DNA of 51,142 nt from an uncultured Methanolinea sp. Lineage in GTDB: Archaea > Halobacteriota > Methanomicrobia > Methanomicrobiales > Methanospirillaceae. Below are positions 10,077 to 19,881 of this stretch, piece by piece. The notes under the pieces are model-generated. The model was given only the letters and a program-made list of their open reading frames with translations, made no database searches and was not told the DNA's origin. The position numbers were made by a program, and so were the translations under genes. Location: assembly GCA_964401215.1 (NCBI GenBank), contig CAYNXS010000002.1, forward strand, positions 1 through 51,142, in the 5' to 3' direction. Position 1 is the stretch's first letter. Every line of letters begins with the position of its first letter.

Positions 10077-10089
10077 CCTGTGCTCCCTC

Positions 10090-10512
10090 CTAGTACTTCG
10101 CTCCGAGGTACGTGCTGACAGCACCCACGGTCACGGATTTCGGGCTGTTCAGCCTGTTCATGTGCGCCTGCTCGAGAACCTCCATTTCCTGACCTACAAG
10201 GTCAACAGGGATTCCCACATACACCTTCACTCTCTTGAAGGCCTCCATTCCGGGTGCTCTCTTGTAAGGGAGCATGCCCCTGATTGTCCTCCGGACAATG
10301 TGGTCGGGCCTTCGCGGGAAGAACGGGCCACCCTCGCGTGATCCACGGCTTCTCTTCTGGCCGTACAACGCAAGGACCCGCGCCCTGCTCCCGGATATGA
10401 TCGCTTTCTCGGCATTGACAATGGCAATAGTCTCACCATTGAGGGCACGCTTGGCCACGATACTTGCCATCCTCCCAAGGAGGAGGCCTTCACCATTGAT
10501 GATTGTGGTCAT
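10090..10512 (-). CDS. rpl13: 50S ribosomal protein L13 (uL13)
   Basis: 140 aa: [20 protein letters not shown]... Its position between L18e and S9 is the conserved archaeal order. Confidence 0.9.
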   Translation of the reverse strand: MTTIINGEGLLLGRMASIVAKRALNGETIAIVNAEKAIISGSRARVLALYGQKRSRGSREGGPFFPRRPDHIVRRTIRGMLPYKRAPGMEAFKRVKVYVGIPVDLVGQEMEVLEQAHMNRLNSPKSVTVGAVSTYLGAKY

Positions 10513-10518
10513 CTCATC

Positions 10519-10887
10519 TCACCTGAGTACCCTTATCTTGCTCCCCTTGGGGTTGTCCTTCAACAGTTCTTCGATGGTGAGGCACTGTCCGTTCGCTTCG
10601 CGAATCTTGGTCTCGGCTGACTGCGAGAACGTGAGCGCAGCAATCTTCACTGACATCTCGATCATACCGCTCCCGAGTACTTTTCCAGGGACCACAATGG
10701 TCTCGCCATTGCTGGCATAACGGTTGATCTTGCTCAGATTCACCTCAGCGTAATTGCGCACCGGTGCTTCCAGCCTCGTGGCCACATCCCGCCAGATATT
10801 CGCTTCATTCTGCCGTGATGTATCCTTCAGCAGGGATATCAGGTTAATCAGGCGGGGGTTAGTCTTATTATTCGTTCTTCTCTTCAT
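10519..10887 (-). CDS. rpl18e: 50S ribosomal protein L18e (eL18)
   Basis: 122 aa: KTNPRLINLISLLK...VPGKVLGSG, the typical L18e pattern. It overlaps the rpoD 3' end by 20 nt. Confidence 0.85.
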   Translation of the reverse strand: MKRRTNNKTNPRLINLISLLKDTSRQNEANIWRDVATRLEAPVRNYAEVNLSKINRYASNGETIVVPGKVLGSGMIEMSVKIAALTFSQSAETKIREANGQCLTIEELLKDNPKGSKIRVLR

Positions 10888-11713
10888 CTCCGGTCACTCC
10901 CGATAGTTCACCGATCTTTTCGCACAATTCGTCCGACTGGCTCTTCAGGTACTTCAGTGCCTCCCGGATTATAGCGTGCACCGGGAGGGATCCGTCACCC
11001 TCTACGACGAATATATACCTGGATTCCTCAGATTTGATGGTTATTGCCGATTCTTCACCGATGCCGGTATTGAGGCAGGCCTTTTCGCACAGGCGGCAGA
11101 GCGAACATTCCTCGACACGCCCTTCGGCTACGGTTACCCTCCCGTCCTTGATAACGAGGATTCCTCTCGGGCATTCATCCACGCACTGGCCGCAGGCATC
11201 GCACCGGTCATTCACAGTAACTATAGGGTAATTCTTGTACCCACAGGTGGTGGTCGGTTGCCACTTTGCATGGACCCTGCCTTTGTTAAGGATCGCTCTT
11301 GCCTCGAGGACCACCTTCTGGTCCTTTGCGAGTTTCACGATGGGAATTCCATCGAGAGCAGGGGCAGCACGGGGATCCTGGGGGATGAGGTCCCGTGAAT
11401 AGACGATTCCGGGCCCTTCGACAGAGAGTGTGTACATTACACTGCACCGGTCACATCCGGCTCCCTCGCAACTGCACATATCCTGGGGAATATAACATTC
11501 AAGGTCTGTCCGTATTGGTATCAGACCCAGCCGGTGTCCCAGCATCTCGTCAAAGAGCGCACTGGTGTTGTCATAAATACGAACATCCTCTATCGCAAGA
11601 GTCGGTACCTCCCCTATCATCGCCCTCCTCAGGGCGTTTGCGAAAGGCTGGGCAGTTCCCGACAGCGTGAATCGGGCAGCATAATCATCCAGGCGCGAAA
11701 ATCCGATGTCCAT
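10868..11713 (-). CDS. rpoD: DNA-directed RNA polymerase subunit D (Rpo3) with an inserted 4Fe-4S ferredoxin-like domain
   Basis: 281 aa: FANALRRAMIGEVPTLAIEDV... plus two Cys clusters, CDACGQCVDECP and CSLCRLCEKAC. Confidence 0.9.
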   Translation of the reverse strand: MDIGFSRLDDYAARFTLSGTAQPFANALRRAMIGEVPTLAIEDVRIYDNTSALFDEMLGHRLGLIPIRTDLECYIPQDMCSCEGAGCDRCSVMYTLSVEGPGIVYSRDLIPQDPRAAPALDGIPIVKLAKDQKVVLEARAILNKGRVHAKWQPTTTCGYKNYPIVTVNDRCDACGQCVDECPRGILVIKDGRVTVAEGRVEECSLCRLCEKACLNTGIGEESAITIKSEESRYIFVVEGDGSLPVHAIIREALKYLKSQSDELCEKIGELSGVTGDEEKNE

Positions 11714-12108
11714 CAGACTCTCCTGCCCCTCCGGCCTCCTTTCTGGCGAATGGAGTCATGAGGAACCGGAGTGACGTCCTCAATACGCCCGATGCGCATA
11801 CCTGCTCTGGCAAGAGCCCGGATTGCTGCCTGGGCTCCTGGTCCCGGGCTTCTCTGCTTTCCCCTTCCGGGGGCTCTTACCTTGACGTGCACACCGACAA
11901 TCCCCTTCTCCATGGCAGTCTGGGCAACATTTGATGCCATCTGCATGGCGGCATACGGCGAGCTCTCGTTCCTGTCCTGCTTGACTACCATGCCGCCACT
12001 GCTCTTGCAGACCGTTTCCGCACCCGAGAGATCCGTGACGGTGATAATGGTATTGTTAAAGGAGGCGAAGATATGGGCGATTCCCCATTTTTCTTTATCC
12101 GCTGCCAT
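11713..12108 (-). CDS. rps11: 30S ribosomal protein S11 (uS11)
   Basis: 131 aa: [18 protein letters not shown]...TPVPHDSIR. Confidence 0.9.
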   Translation of the reverse strand: MAADKEKWGIAHIFASFNNTIITVTDLSGAETVCKSSGGMVVKQDRNESSPYAAMQMASNVAQTAMEKGIVGVHVKVRAPGRGKQRSPGPGAQAAIRALARAGMRIGRIEDVTPVPHDSIRQKGGRRGRRV

Positions 12109-12111
12109 TGC

Positions 12112-12657
12112 TTATCTCCCCACCTTGCTGATGCGTGCCCGCTCGGCATGATCGGGATTCGAAACAGGGGACCTGCTGTAATACGATACCTCCGTCTCTT
12201 CATCCCTCGATACCTTATAACCAGGAATGCTCACGCGCTTGCCACGGATTGCGATGTGCCCGTGCGTGATCATCTGTCGCGCCTGTTTCGGCGACCTTGC
12301 AAGACCCTGACGGTATACGAGAGTCTGGAGGCGACGCTCGAGCTGGTTCTGGACCTTCAGCGAGAGAACATTGCCGATATCTGCATCAGGACCAAGAAGC
12401 CCGAGGCGCTGCAGGTGTCCGATCAGCTCGCCTTTCTTGGCATCGAAGAGAGCCTGGTCTGATCCGGTGGACATGAGGGCAAGCAGCCCTCTTGCTGCTT
12501 TCCTGTAACGGCGCAGGTTACTGGACGCCTTCCACACTTCGCGCTTGTTCCGAAGGCCATATTCGATCATCAGGCGGTTCTCATCCTCAATGCGGGTCTT
12601 CTCATACGGCCGCTTGGGAGTCTGGTATTGCTTATGGTTCTTTCCCGGGTATCCCAT
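12112..12657 (-). CDS. rps4: 30S ribosomal protein S4 (uS4)
   Basis: [20 protein letters not shown]... I chose the second ATG (12657) because the AGGTGA Shine-Dalgarno sequence lies 6 nt upstream of it and abuts the first ATG (12663). Confidence 0.9.
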   Translation of the reverse strand: MGYPGKNHKQYQTPKRPYEKTRIEDENRLMIEYGLRNKREVWKASSNLRRYRKAARGLLALMSTGSDQALFDAKKGELIGHLQRLGLLGPDADIGNVLSLKVQNQLERRLQTLVYRQGLARSPKQARQMITHGHIAIRGKRVSIPGYKVSRDEETEVSYYSRSPVSNPDHAERARISKVGR

Positions 12658-12674
12658 TGACATTCACCTGGTGA

Positions 12675-13133
12675 TTACTCCTTTGCCTTCCTCTTCACAC
12701 CCACAGTGGCGCCTGTACGACCGGTAGACTTGGTCCTCTGGCCCCTCACTTTCTGGCCGGTCTCATGCCTGATACCCCTGTAACTGCGAATCTTCCTCAT
12801 AAGGTTGATATCCTCATCAAGGGTTGTCGCAACCTCCGTCCCAAGGAGATGACGCGATTCCCCGGTGTAGATATCCTTGGGGCGGTTGACCATCCAGTCA
12901 GGAACATTCGTTGAGTATGTATCCACTACTTGCCGGAGTTTCTCCACGTCCTCTTCCTTGAGCTTGCCCATCAGTTCGCGGCCGTTGACTTGTGCCATTG
13001 CAGCAATAACCGAGGCAGTATGCCTTCCCACGCCCTTGATCCCTGTCAGGGCAGTGAGAACAGGCTTCGTGCCATCGAGGTCTGTATTGCTGATCCGTAC
13101 GAAATATCGTATCTCTTCTTCTTCCTTCGCCAT
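12675..13133 (-). CDS. rps13: 30S ribosomal protein S13 (uS13)
   Basis: I trimmed the start to the ATG at 13133 ([25 protein letters not shown]...). The listed extension to 13211 runs into the tRNA-Ser gene. Confidence 0.9.
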   Translation of the reverse strand: MAKEEEEIRYFVRISNTDLDGTKPVLTALTGIKGVGRHTASVIAAMAQVNGRELMGKLKEEDVEKLRQVVDTYSTNVPDWMVNRPKDIYTGESRHLLGTEVATTLDEDINLMRKIRSYRGIRHETGQKVRGQRTKSTGRTGATVGVKRKAKE

Positions 13134-13169
13134 CCAATCCCTCGCTGATTCGTGAGAATTCTTCTGAAA

Positions 13170-13254
13170 CGCTGAGGGAGGGATTTGAACCCTCGAGTCC
13201 CAAGGGGACACAGGTTTAGCAAACCTGCGCCATACCTGGCTTGGCTACCTCAAC
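13170..13254 (-). tRNA. tRNA-Ser (anticodon GCT), class II with a long variable arm
   Basis: The reverse complement is GTTGAGGTAGCCAAGCCAGGTATGGCGCAGGTTTGCTAAACCTGTGTCCCCTTGGGACTCGAGGGTTCAAATCCCTCCCTCAGCG. The acceptor stem is GTTGAGG/CCTCAGC, the anticodon arm is CAGGT-TTGCTAA-ACCTG, there is a long variable arm, and the T-arm is GAGGG-TTCAAAT-CCCTC. Confidence 0.85.
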
Positions 13255-13465
13255 AGAGAATCTCGCATCTTTCGATACTCGCAGCACCACACGGCGCTGC
13301 TCCATGAATGGTGCTTTATTATTTTGACGGCCGGTTATAAAAACCCTTTCCACTATCCCGCAGTGCGGTCTCTGGCATACCTGTATTCCGGCATCGAATA
13401 AAAACTACAGGGTTCACGTTGTGAAGCCACGCATACAGAATAAAAATAGCAGATGCGATATTCAT

Positions 13466-13474
13466 AAAAAAAAA
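13466..13474 (-). terminator. Oligo-T tract (T9 on the minus strand) directly after the deoxyhypusine synthase stop codon
   Basis: The plus strand reads cat-AAAAAAAAA-ggg-tca. The run of nine T residues starts 4 nt downstream of the TGA at 13478-13480. Archaeal intrinsic terminators are oligo-T tracts. Confidence 0.5.
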
Positions 13475-13477
13475 GGG

Positions 13478-14590
13478 TCAATCAATTCCCTGGCGGACAA
13501 TTCTTCCCTTTTTCGACCCCTGCTTCTTCACCCGCGTGATGCCGCTTGCAACAAGGGCAGATACCACAATGGGTAGCGCGATTGTTGCGTCAACATGGAC
13601 CTGCACCTGCATGGTATGCTCCGACTCCTTGCCCCAGCTGATCGCTTCATCGAATGTGCACCCTGAAAGGCCACCCCAGTGGGGCGAATCCGCCGTATAC
13701 TGGATTGCATAGTCATGGCCCCCGAGGTCTTTCTTATGGATCGATCCTATCACCTGGGTCTGCTGGATGAAGTTCTTGGGAACTCCCCCTCCCACGTACA
13801 CCACACCGGTCTTATTCACCCCCTCCACAACAGAAGTGACCTCATCAGTATCAGCGATCTGGTCGATATCAATCGACACGCCACGCCGTCGTGCTATCAG
13901 GGTCCCGATGCCGATGGAAGAATCGCAGAGTGCTGGGACGAAGACGGGGATGTTTTCCTTCACACACGTTGAAAGGAAAGATTCCCCATCCGGAGCCTCC
14001 CTTCCCAGCCATTCCCCGAACCGAGCCAGGAATTCCCGTGATGACCCCCTGAATGGTGCAATGCTCTCTGCGAAATTTGCAAACCCGCGATCAACCCAGC
14101 GGAACTCCTCTTCATAGGCAAACACGTCGTAAATGCGGTCAATTCCTTTTTGGTAGAGATCAACGTCACTGACATGGTGGTGACCCAGGTAATGGCAGAC
14201 ACCAAGGTGCTCGCACACATCATGGAATATGTTTGCCCCCGTGGACACCACGACATCAATATAATGACGGCGTGCCATTTCGATGAGGACCTTCTGCATC
14301 CCGGCCGGGATCATGGCTCCAGAGAGGCCAAAGAGGATAGTGACATCGGGATCACGGATCATCCGTTTCCAGACTTCCACAGACTCGCCCAGTTTCCTCC
14401 CCTGAAAACCAGTCTTCGACATTCCCTCAAGCAATTCAGCCACATTGCCCGTCGGGACGACCGGTTGGGTGGTACACATTCCGTCGTGGCCGTGCACCTT
14501 TGTCGGGCGCCCCAGGATAGCATCAAATTCCCTTTGTTGATTCTGGCCTTTCTTCTTCCTATCCACCATTATTCTAAGATGGACGGGCAT
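13478..14590 (-). CDS. dys: Deoxyhypusine synthase
   Basis: GAMIPAGMQ...VVSTGANIFHD...VYVGGGVPKNF... matches the DHS NAD-binding fold signatures. I set the start at the ATG at 14590 (MPVHLRIMVDRKKK); the ATG at 14569 is an alternative. The listed extension to 14710 overlaps the upstream CBS gene end. Confidence 0.8.
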   Translation of the reverse strand: MPVHLRIMVDRKKKGQNQQREFDAILGRPTKVHGHDGMCTTQPVVPTGNVAELLEGMSKTGFQGRKLGESVEVWKRMIRDPDVTILFGLSGAMIPAGMQKVLIEMARRHYIDVVVSTGANIFHDVCEHLGVCHYLGHHHVSDVDLYQKGIDRIYDVFAYEEEFRWVDRGFANFAESIAPFRGSSREFLARFGEWLGREAPDGESFLSTCVKENIPVFVPALCDSSIGIGTLIARRRGVSIDIDQIADTDEVTSVVEGVNKTGVVYVGGGVPKNFIQQTQVIGSIHKKDLGGHDYAIQYTADSPHWGGLSGCTFDEAISWGKESEHTMQVQVHVDATIALPIVVSALVASGITRVKKQGSKKGRIVRQGID

Positions 14591-14699
14591 GCGATAAGAA
14601 ATATATCCCCTGCCTGGAGCAAGAGTGCAGGTATAATCTGATAGCCATGAGCAGGAATTGCAAGAATACAGAGAGAAAAAAATGGTGATGCTTTGGGTA

Positions 14700-15476
14700 T
14701 CAGAGCGCACGTACCAGGGACGACCGGGTCACAAGACCGGCAATTCTACCCTTACTGGTGACGGGGATGGAGCTGATAGCCTTCGAGAGCATGAGATCCA
14801 CTACCTCGCCAATACCTGCGCCTGCATCAATGCACATGACGGGGCTCGTCATGATATCCCTTATCAACAGGTTCCGGATGCGATGATCCTGGTGCCGGTC
14901 CTCGACCATCTCACGGAACTTTCTCATGGATACCGCAACATCTGTCTCGGTCACAATACCTACGACCTGGTCATTCTCTGTGACAACGCACCGGTGGAGG
15001 TCGTCATCGATCATCCGTCGCCTCCAGTGAACGACACGCTCGTCGGCATCAATGGTGCATGCAGGTTCCATGACATCGGCAAGCGTTCCCGACGGGCGCA
15101 TGATACGAAGGAGATCTCCTGCAGTTATCTGTCCGACAAGACGGTGATCCTCATCATATACCACCACCAGTTTATACGCCTGGAGCAGGGGAATGACTAC
15201 GTCAAGATCCTGATCGGGATACACCGTGGTGAAATCCTCTTCGACGGTGTTTGCCACATGGATTGATGTTGGGGATATCGAGGAGTTCCGCTTTGTCCCA
15301 AGCTTCTCCGCGACAGTCTGGCGGGAGACTGTCCCCACTACCGTATTATGATTCACCACAATCAGGGGATCGATCCCTTCATCCAGCATCCTGTCGAGTG
15401 CCTCGGTGATGGGTGCGGACTTGGATATGGTGACCGGCTTTGACATAATGTCTTTTACGAGAATTTCTTCGCTCAT
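14700..15476 (-). CDS. CBS-domain protein (size fits two Bateman modules)
   Basis: 258 aa with repeated CBS-like segments (VKDIMSKPVTI..., GIDPLIVV..., VGIVTETDV..., AISSIPVT...GLVTRSSLVRAL). Its start forms an ATGA overlap with the upstream gene's stop. Confidence 0.8.
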   Translation of the reverse strand: MSEEILVKDIMSKPVTISKSAPITEALDRMLDEGIDPLIVVNHNTVVGTVSRQTVAEKLGTKRNSSISPTSIHVANTVEEDFTTVYPDQDLDVVIPLLQAYKLVVVYDEDHRLVGQITAGDLLRIMRPSGTLADVMEPACTIDADERVVHWRRRMIDDDLHRCVVTENDQVVGIVTETDVAVSMRKFREMVEDRHQDHRIRNLLIRDIMTSPVMCIDAGAGIGEVVDLMLSKAISSIPVTSKGRIAGLVTRSSLVRAL

Positions 15477-16321
15477 TCTGCCACTTCTCTTATAATATCA
15501 TCTCTTTTCAGAATTCCCTTGATCTCGTTGTCTTCCATTGCCACAATACTGTTGATATGGTTGGTCTGCATTACCTGCACGGCTTCGGTCAGTTTTTCGT
15601 CGCTTGGGACAGTGATGACCGGTCGGGACATAAGGTCCTCGGCGACCGCAGCTGCCCCCATCATGTAGCGGAACTGCTTCTTGCCCTTGGACTCCCTGCG
15701 TCGCAGCATTTTGACATCTTTCTTGGAGGGTTCCCGCTTTTCCGTCTCGTAAAGATAGAATGCGAGATTGCTCTCCGTGATGATGCCTGCAAGTGTGCCA
15801 TCATTATTCAACACGACTACCTTATCATTTCTTTCCCTCATGATGTCGATGACATGATCCAGCGAATGATACCTGCTGACGGAAATCGCATCCTCCATCA
15901 CATCGGCAACGGTCTGCGTGAGGGTATTGACCGCTGCAGAGCGCATGAAATCCGATTTTGTCACGATACCGGTAATATGGCCCTCGTCCATTACTGGCAG
16001 TCCGCTGATATTCCACTGGATCATCAGCGCTGCAATCTGGCGGGTGGTGGTATCAGGTGAGATAGTGAGAGGATCCCTGGTCATCAGTATGCTGACCGGG
16101 ATGTTATCGATTGGTCTTCTTCGCCAGATAGGTTCACTCTGACGCAAACGGTACCCGATATCTTTCTTGGTCAGGACACCTATGAGTGTGCCTGCTTCCA
16201 CTACCGGGACCCGGGAAATCCTGTGTTTCAGCATAAGGTTTCGTGCATATGCGATATGCTCCCCGGGGCTTACGATGTAAACCGGGGATGACATAATATC
16301 GTGTGCCAGCATGGTGTTCAC
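15473..16321 (-). CDS. CBS-domain protein
   Basis: 282 aa: AHDIMSSPVYIV...ISRVPVV...GVLTKKDI... repeated four times. The GTG start at 16321 overlaps the upstream stop (GTGA). The ATG at 16312 is an alternative start. Confidence 0.8.
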   Translation of the reverse strand: MNTMLAHDIMSSPVYIVSPGEHIAYARNLMLKHRISRVPVVEAGTLIGVLTKKDIGYRLRQSEPIWRRRPIDNIPVSILMTRDPLTISPDTTTRQIAALMIQWNISGLPVMDEGHITGIVTKSDFMRSAAVNTLTQTVADVMEDAISVSRYHSLDHVIDIMRERNDKVVVLNNDGTLAGIITESNLAFYLYETEKREPSKKDVKMLRRRESKGKKQFRYMMGAAAVAEDLMSRPVITVPSDEKLTEAVQVMQTNHINSIVAMEDNEIKGILKRDDIIREVAE

Positions 16322-17262
16322 CCCCTTGAAAGTGCTTTTACCAGATCGAATTCGGTCACAAGTCCAATCAGCCTTGCATCTTCAATCACCGGGAGGGCCC
16401 CTGCGTTTTTCTTCACCATCTCCCCTGCCGCCTGGTTGACACTCCTGTCTGGAGTAATGGTATAGAGGTTCCCGGACACAAGCGTCCTGACCGGGAGTGC
16501 CATGACCTCCGCGATATCACCGGTTTCGAGCTGGTCGAATACGCGCTTGCTCCCGAGGTACTTCATGATGTCTGTCGTGGTAATGATTCCATACAGGACA
16601 TCATCACTCACCACAGGAAGCCTGCGGAACCGGTATTTTGTCATTTCCCGGGTGACCTTCCCAATAGGACAATCGGGTTCGGTAACCCGGAGCGACCTGC
16701 TCATGATCTCTTCCACGGAGCAGGAGACTCGTTCATTGGCAAGCACAGTCATCACGTCTCTCTCCGTGACAATACCGGCAACGGACTGGTCCTGGTGAAG
16801 TATCGGTATTCCTCCTACCATCTTTCCTGTGATGATGTCAATTGCATCACGAAGCGAGGATGAGTCGGGGAGCGTTGTCACCTGGGTCGTCATGATGCTC
16901 CTGATACTCTCGTTGACCGCAGAGAGGAGATTTCCCCCGTGCTTGACCTGGACGAGGTTGAATTTATCCCCCCCTCCAAGGAAGTTGATGATGTCGCCTG
17001 ATGTGACAATCCCCCGTACTTTCCGGGAGCCGGCATCCACAACAGGGAGCCTGCGAAAACCACAACGGGTCATCGTCTCAACTGCACCAAGGATGCTCAT
17101 GGTCTGTGGTACCGTGATCACGTCACCCGTGGCGATCGCCATGATCTCGCCTTCCTGTTCAACGACCCTTGATCTGAATTCTATGGGCCCCCGGTCAAAT
17201 TTTCCGGGCATTTTCAGTAATTTATCACTCTGTTTGAAGTTCTTCTCACTGTGATGCACCAT
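16318..17262 (-). CDS. CBS-domain protein
   Basis: Repeated CBS segments (FRRLPVVDAGSRKVRGIVTSGDI..., GGIPILHQDQSVAGIVTERDV..., FRRLPVVSDDVLYGIITTTDI..., GALPVIEDARLIGLVTEFDL). I set the start at the ATG at 17262 (MVHHSEK), which has an AGGGG-type SD-like element upstream. The listed GTG at 17328 is an alternative. Confidence 0.75.
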   Translation of the reverse strand: MVHHSEKNFKQSDKLLKMPGKFDRGPIEFRSRVVEQEGEIMAIATGDVITVPQTMSILGAVETMTRCGFRRLPVVDAGSRKVRGIVTSGDIINFLGGGDKFNLVQVKHGGNLLSAVNESIRSIMTTQVTTLPDSSSLRDAIDIITGKMVGGIPILHQDQSVAGIVTERDVMTVLANERVSCSVEEIMSRSLRVTEPDCPIGKVTREMTKYRFRRLPVVSDDVLYGIITTTDIMKYLGSKRVFDQLETGDIAEVMALPVRTLVSGNLYTITPDRSVNQAAGEMVKKNAGALPVIEDARLIGLVTEFDLVKALSRG

Positions 17263-17340
17263 GTTCGGCCCCTTTTTTTGTATGTATGGGTATTTCGGTT
17301 TGCGGGCAGTATTGCACTGTTTCAGCACGAAACCCGCTTG

Positions 17341-18090
17341 TTACGAAATTGCATTCAGCACATCGTGCCTGTCGATGATTCCAATTAAATCATCCCCGTT
17401 CAGGACGGGAAGGCGGCTCACATCGTGCCTGACCATAATCTCGGCGGCATGTTGGAGGCTTTCTTCAGGTGGGACAGACATCACTGGCGTGGTCATTACT
17501 CCGGAAACAGGTGTATTTGATGAGCCATCGACTGAGGCACGCCACCTGCCGTCCTTAAGGAGATCACGCCGTGATATTATGCCGACGAGGTGCTTTTTCT
17601 TCATCACGGGAAATGCTGAGAAACCGCTCTCTGTCATGAGTACATGAATTTTATGGATGGGTTCATCAGGAGAGCACACCACGACATTCCCTGACATGAA
17701 TTCCCTGACCGTTCCGGGGATCCTGTGCTGGGTGATGATCACGGGAAAGATCTCGGAGAGGAGCACTCCCCCGAGGATCAGGCCCTGGTCATTCACAACC
17801 GGGATGCTGTCTGTGCCCTGGGTCCGGATGCTTTTCACCACATTCTCAATACTAAAATCTGCTTTGGCCGGGGTGATCTCCCTGATGAAACCCTCAATGG
17901 TCACATTCGACCTGGTTGCCGTGACATTGAGTACTCCTGTGATGTCCACATAGCCTGTGAGTTTTCTTTTACCGTCGTGAACATAGATCTCACGATAGAT
18001 ATCATCCCGCAGTACCTGCCTCGCCCTTGTTGCTTTTTCATTGTATTTGAGGACCGGTACTTCAACCATGAAATCCCGGGCCATCTTCAT
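17341..18090 (-). CDS. CBS-domain protein
   Basis: I trimmed the start to the ATG at 18090 (MKMARDFMVEVPVL...), which forms an ATGA overlap with the upstream stop. Repeated CBS segments are present (DSIPVVNDQGLILGGV..., FSAFPVMKKKHLVGIISRRDL..., VSRLPVLNGDDLIGIIDRHDV). Confidence 0.8.
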   Translation of the reverse strand: MKMARDFMVEVPVLKYNEKATRARQVLRDDIYREIYVHDGKRKLTGYVDITGVLNVTATRSNVTIEGFIREITPAKADFSIENVVKSIRTQGTDSIPVVNDQGLILGGVLLSEIFPVIITQHRIPGTVREFMSGNVVVCSPDEPIHKIHVLMTESGFSAFPVMKKKHLVGIISRRDLLKDGRWRASVDGSSNTPVSGVMTTPVMSVPPEESLQHAAEIMVRHDVSRLPVLNGDDLIGIIDRHDVLNAIS

Positions 18091-18656
18091 TGCAACAGTT
18101 CCTCCTCGCGGCACAACGGGCAGAGCATCATATTATCGATTCGCCGGAGATCATCTGACATCTGGCTGCACCTGCTGCAGATTCCAACTTCTACTTCTTC
18201 AAGGCGGTTGATCTCGACGAGGTCGGACATAAGCTCATTAATTTCCGTTGATACCGTAAGGATATCCCGAACTGTTACAATTCCAATAACCTTGTTCCCC
18301 TCGTCAACCACAGGGAGCCGTCTGACCCGGTGCTTGATCATCATGTGCGCTGCATCCTTTACGGACTTGTCTGCACTGATGGTAATGAGGGGAGTGCTCA
18401 TGATCTCGTGAGCCTGAATGGCCCCGGGCTTCAAATCCTTTGCCACAACTTTACAATTGATATCCTCCTCGGTAACTATCCCGAGGGGGAGGTTGTCCCG
18501 ACCGAGAACAATGCAGCTTCCCACCTCATCCCGGCACATGAGCATGGCTGCACGGGCAACAGTACCTTCGTATCCTACGGTGGTAGGGTTGCGCCGCATG
18601 ACCTCGCGAAGTGACACCCGGGTATCGAAGCGGATGGTATCGGATGATTTTTTCAA
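18087..18656 (-). CDS. CBS-pair protein with a C-terminal CxxC...CxxC zinc ribbon
   Basis: One Bateman module (VGSCIVLGRDNLPLGIVTEEDI...; VRRLPVVDEGNKVIGIVTVRDI) is followed by a helix and then CSRCSQ...CPLCREEE. I set the start at the TTG at 18656 because a GGAGGTGA Shine-Dalgarno sequence (18661-18668) lies 4 nt upstream. The listed start at 18683 is an alternative. Confidence 0.75.
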   Translation of the reverse strand: MKKSSDTIRFDTRVSLREVMRRNPTTVGYEGTVARAAMLMCRDEVGSCIVLGRDNLPLGIVTEEDINCKVVAKDLKPGAIQAHEIMSTPLITISADKSVKDAAHMMIKHRVRRLPVVDEGNKVIGIVTVRDILTVSTEINELMSDLVEINRLEEVEVGICSRCSQMSDDLRRIDNMMLCPLCREEELLQ

Positions 18657-18861
18657 TCCATCACCTCCATGTAATTGACACAAGTGGGGTTATTGCAGTT
18701 ACCAATACGGCAAATGGTGTCTATATACTTTGTGTAGTGACGTCCCGACCGGAAACAGGGGATAATAAATCTAATAACCACACCACCCCTAAATGGATAG
18801 GTAAGGATTTCCTTGGCCAGGGATGACAAGATCCCCAGGCACGGCCATGAAGAGGTGTACC

Positions 18862-19503
18862 ATGAATATCCTGGTCCAGACAAAAAAACGTCTCTCAAAA
18901 TTCCTCAAGGCTTTTTTCCAGAAAAATAGAGCCAGAATAGGGATATACGGCCCGCCTAACGCGGGAAAAACCACGCTTGCCAATCGCATCGCAAAAGACT
19001 GGACCGGGGAGGATATGGGCCCTGTGAGTGAGATCCCGCACGAGACCCGGAGGGCAGTGCGTAAGACCGATATCAGCATTACGGGATCGAATGGCAGTAA
19101 TATCACGATCGATATTGTTGATACCCCCGGTGTCACGACAAAGATCGATTACAAGGATTTTCTGGAATACGGCATCGATAAGGACACCGCCGTGACCCGC
19201 GCCCGTGAAGCAACTGAAGGTGTTGCAGAAGCGATGCACTGGCTCAGGGAGGATATCAATGGCGTCATCTATATGCTTGATGCAACCGAGGACCCTTTCC
19301 TGCAGGTCAATATCATGATGATCGGGATCATCGAGAGCCGCAAACTACCGGTCATCATCGTGGCAAACAAGATAGATCTCCCCGATGCTGCTCCGCAGCG
19401 GATTCGTAGTGCCTTTCCCCAGCATCCCATGGTGTCAATTTCCTGCCTTGAGGGGAAGAACATCGAGGAACTGTATGAGAAGATGGTGGAGTATTTTGGA
19501 TAG
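18862..19503 (+). CDS. Small P-loop GTPase (TRAFAC class, Era/EngB-like)
   Basis: G1 is GIYGPPNAGKTT, G3 is DTPG and G4 is NKID. I chose the ATG at 18862 because GAGGTG lies 5 nt upstream. The ATGs at 18823 and 18847 are alternatives. Confidence 0.8.
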   Translation: MNILVQTKKRLSKFLKAFFQKNRARIGIYGPPNAGKTTLANRIAKDWTGEDMGPVSEIPHETRRAVRKTDISITGSNGSNITIDIVDTPGVTTKIDYKDFLEYGIDKDTAVTRAREATEGVAEAMHWLREDINGVIYMLDATEDPFLQVNIMMIGIIESRKLPVIIVANKIDLPDAAPQRIRSAFPQHPMVSISCLEGKNIEELYEKMVEYFG

Positions 19504-19509
19504 GTGTGG

Positions 19510-19875
19510 ATGATGCAAGGGATACAGATTGACCTGATATCGTCGGAAAAACTCTCCTCGCTCACTTCGCTTGAGAAGATCCATCTCATCCTTGATCACG
19601 TTCGAAAAGGTTCCATCATCATACTCGAAAAAGGCCTCTCTCCGGATGAGCAGAGTACCCTCATAGAGATGACAATGAGGGAGATTCTCCCTGACGGGTT
19701 CAACGGTATCGAGATTGAGACCTACCCCTCCAGGGAACAAAGCCCGGGTTTTCTCCAGAAACTTCTCGGGAAATCCCAGAGCGAGACGCGTCTGACCGTG
19801 ATAGGCCCTGCAAACCAGCTCCGTATGATCCGTAAGGAGAAAGATATCATAAGCGCCTGGGTCTCAACCCGGTGA
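19510..19875 (+). CDS. Conserved archaeal protein, DUF2073-like (unknown function)
   Basis: About 121 aa: MMQGIQIDLISSEKLSSLTSLEKIHLILDHVRKGSIIILEKGLSPDEQSTLIE... It starts 7 nt after the GTPase stop. The family assignment is from memory of the conserved GTPase-DUF2073-Zn-ribbon neighbourhood and is not verified. Confidence 0.55.
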   Translation: MMQGIQIDLISSEKLSSLTSLEKIHLILDHVRKGSIIILEKGLSPDEQSTLIEMTMREILPDGFNGIEIETYPSREQSPGFLQKLLGKSQSETRLTVIGPANQLRMIRKEKDIISAWVSTR

Positions 19876-19881
19876 ACACCG

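Noticed and set aside
13134-13211. N-terminal extension of the S13 ORF
   Set aside because: The extension overlaps the tRNA-Ser gene (13170-13254). The canonical uS13 N-terminus begins at the ATG at 13133.
18862-19503. The small GTPase as the missing MglA-like partner of the Roadblock proteins
   Set aside because: It lies about 18 kb away in its own tightly packed three-gene unit and has Era/EngB-like motifs rather than MglA-like ones.
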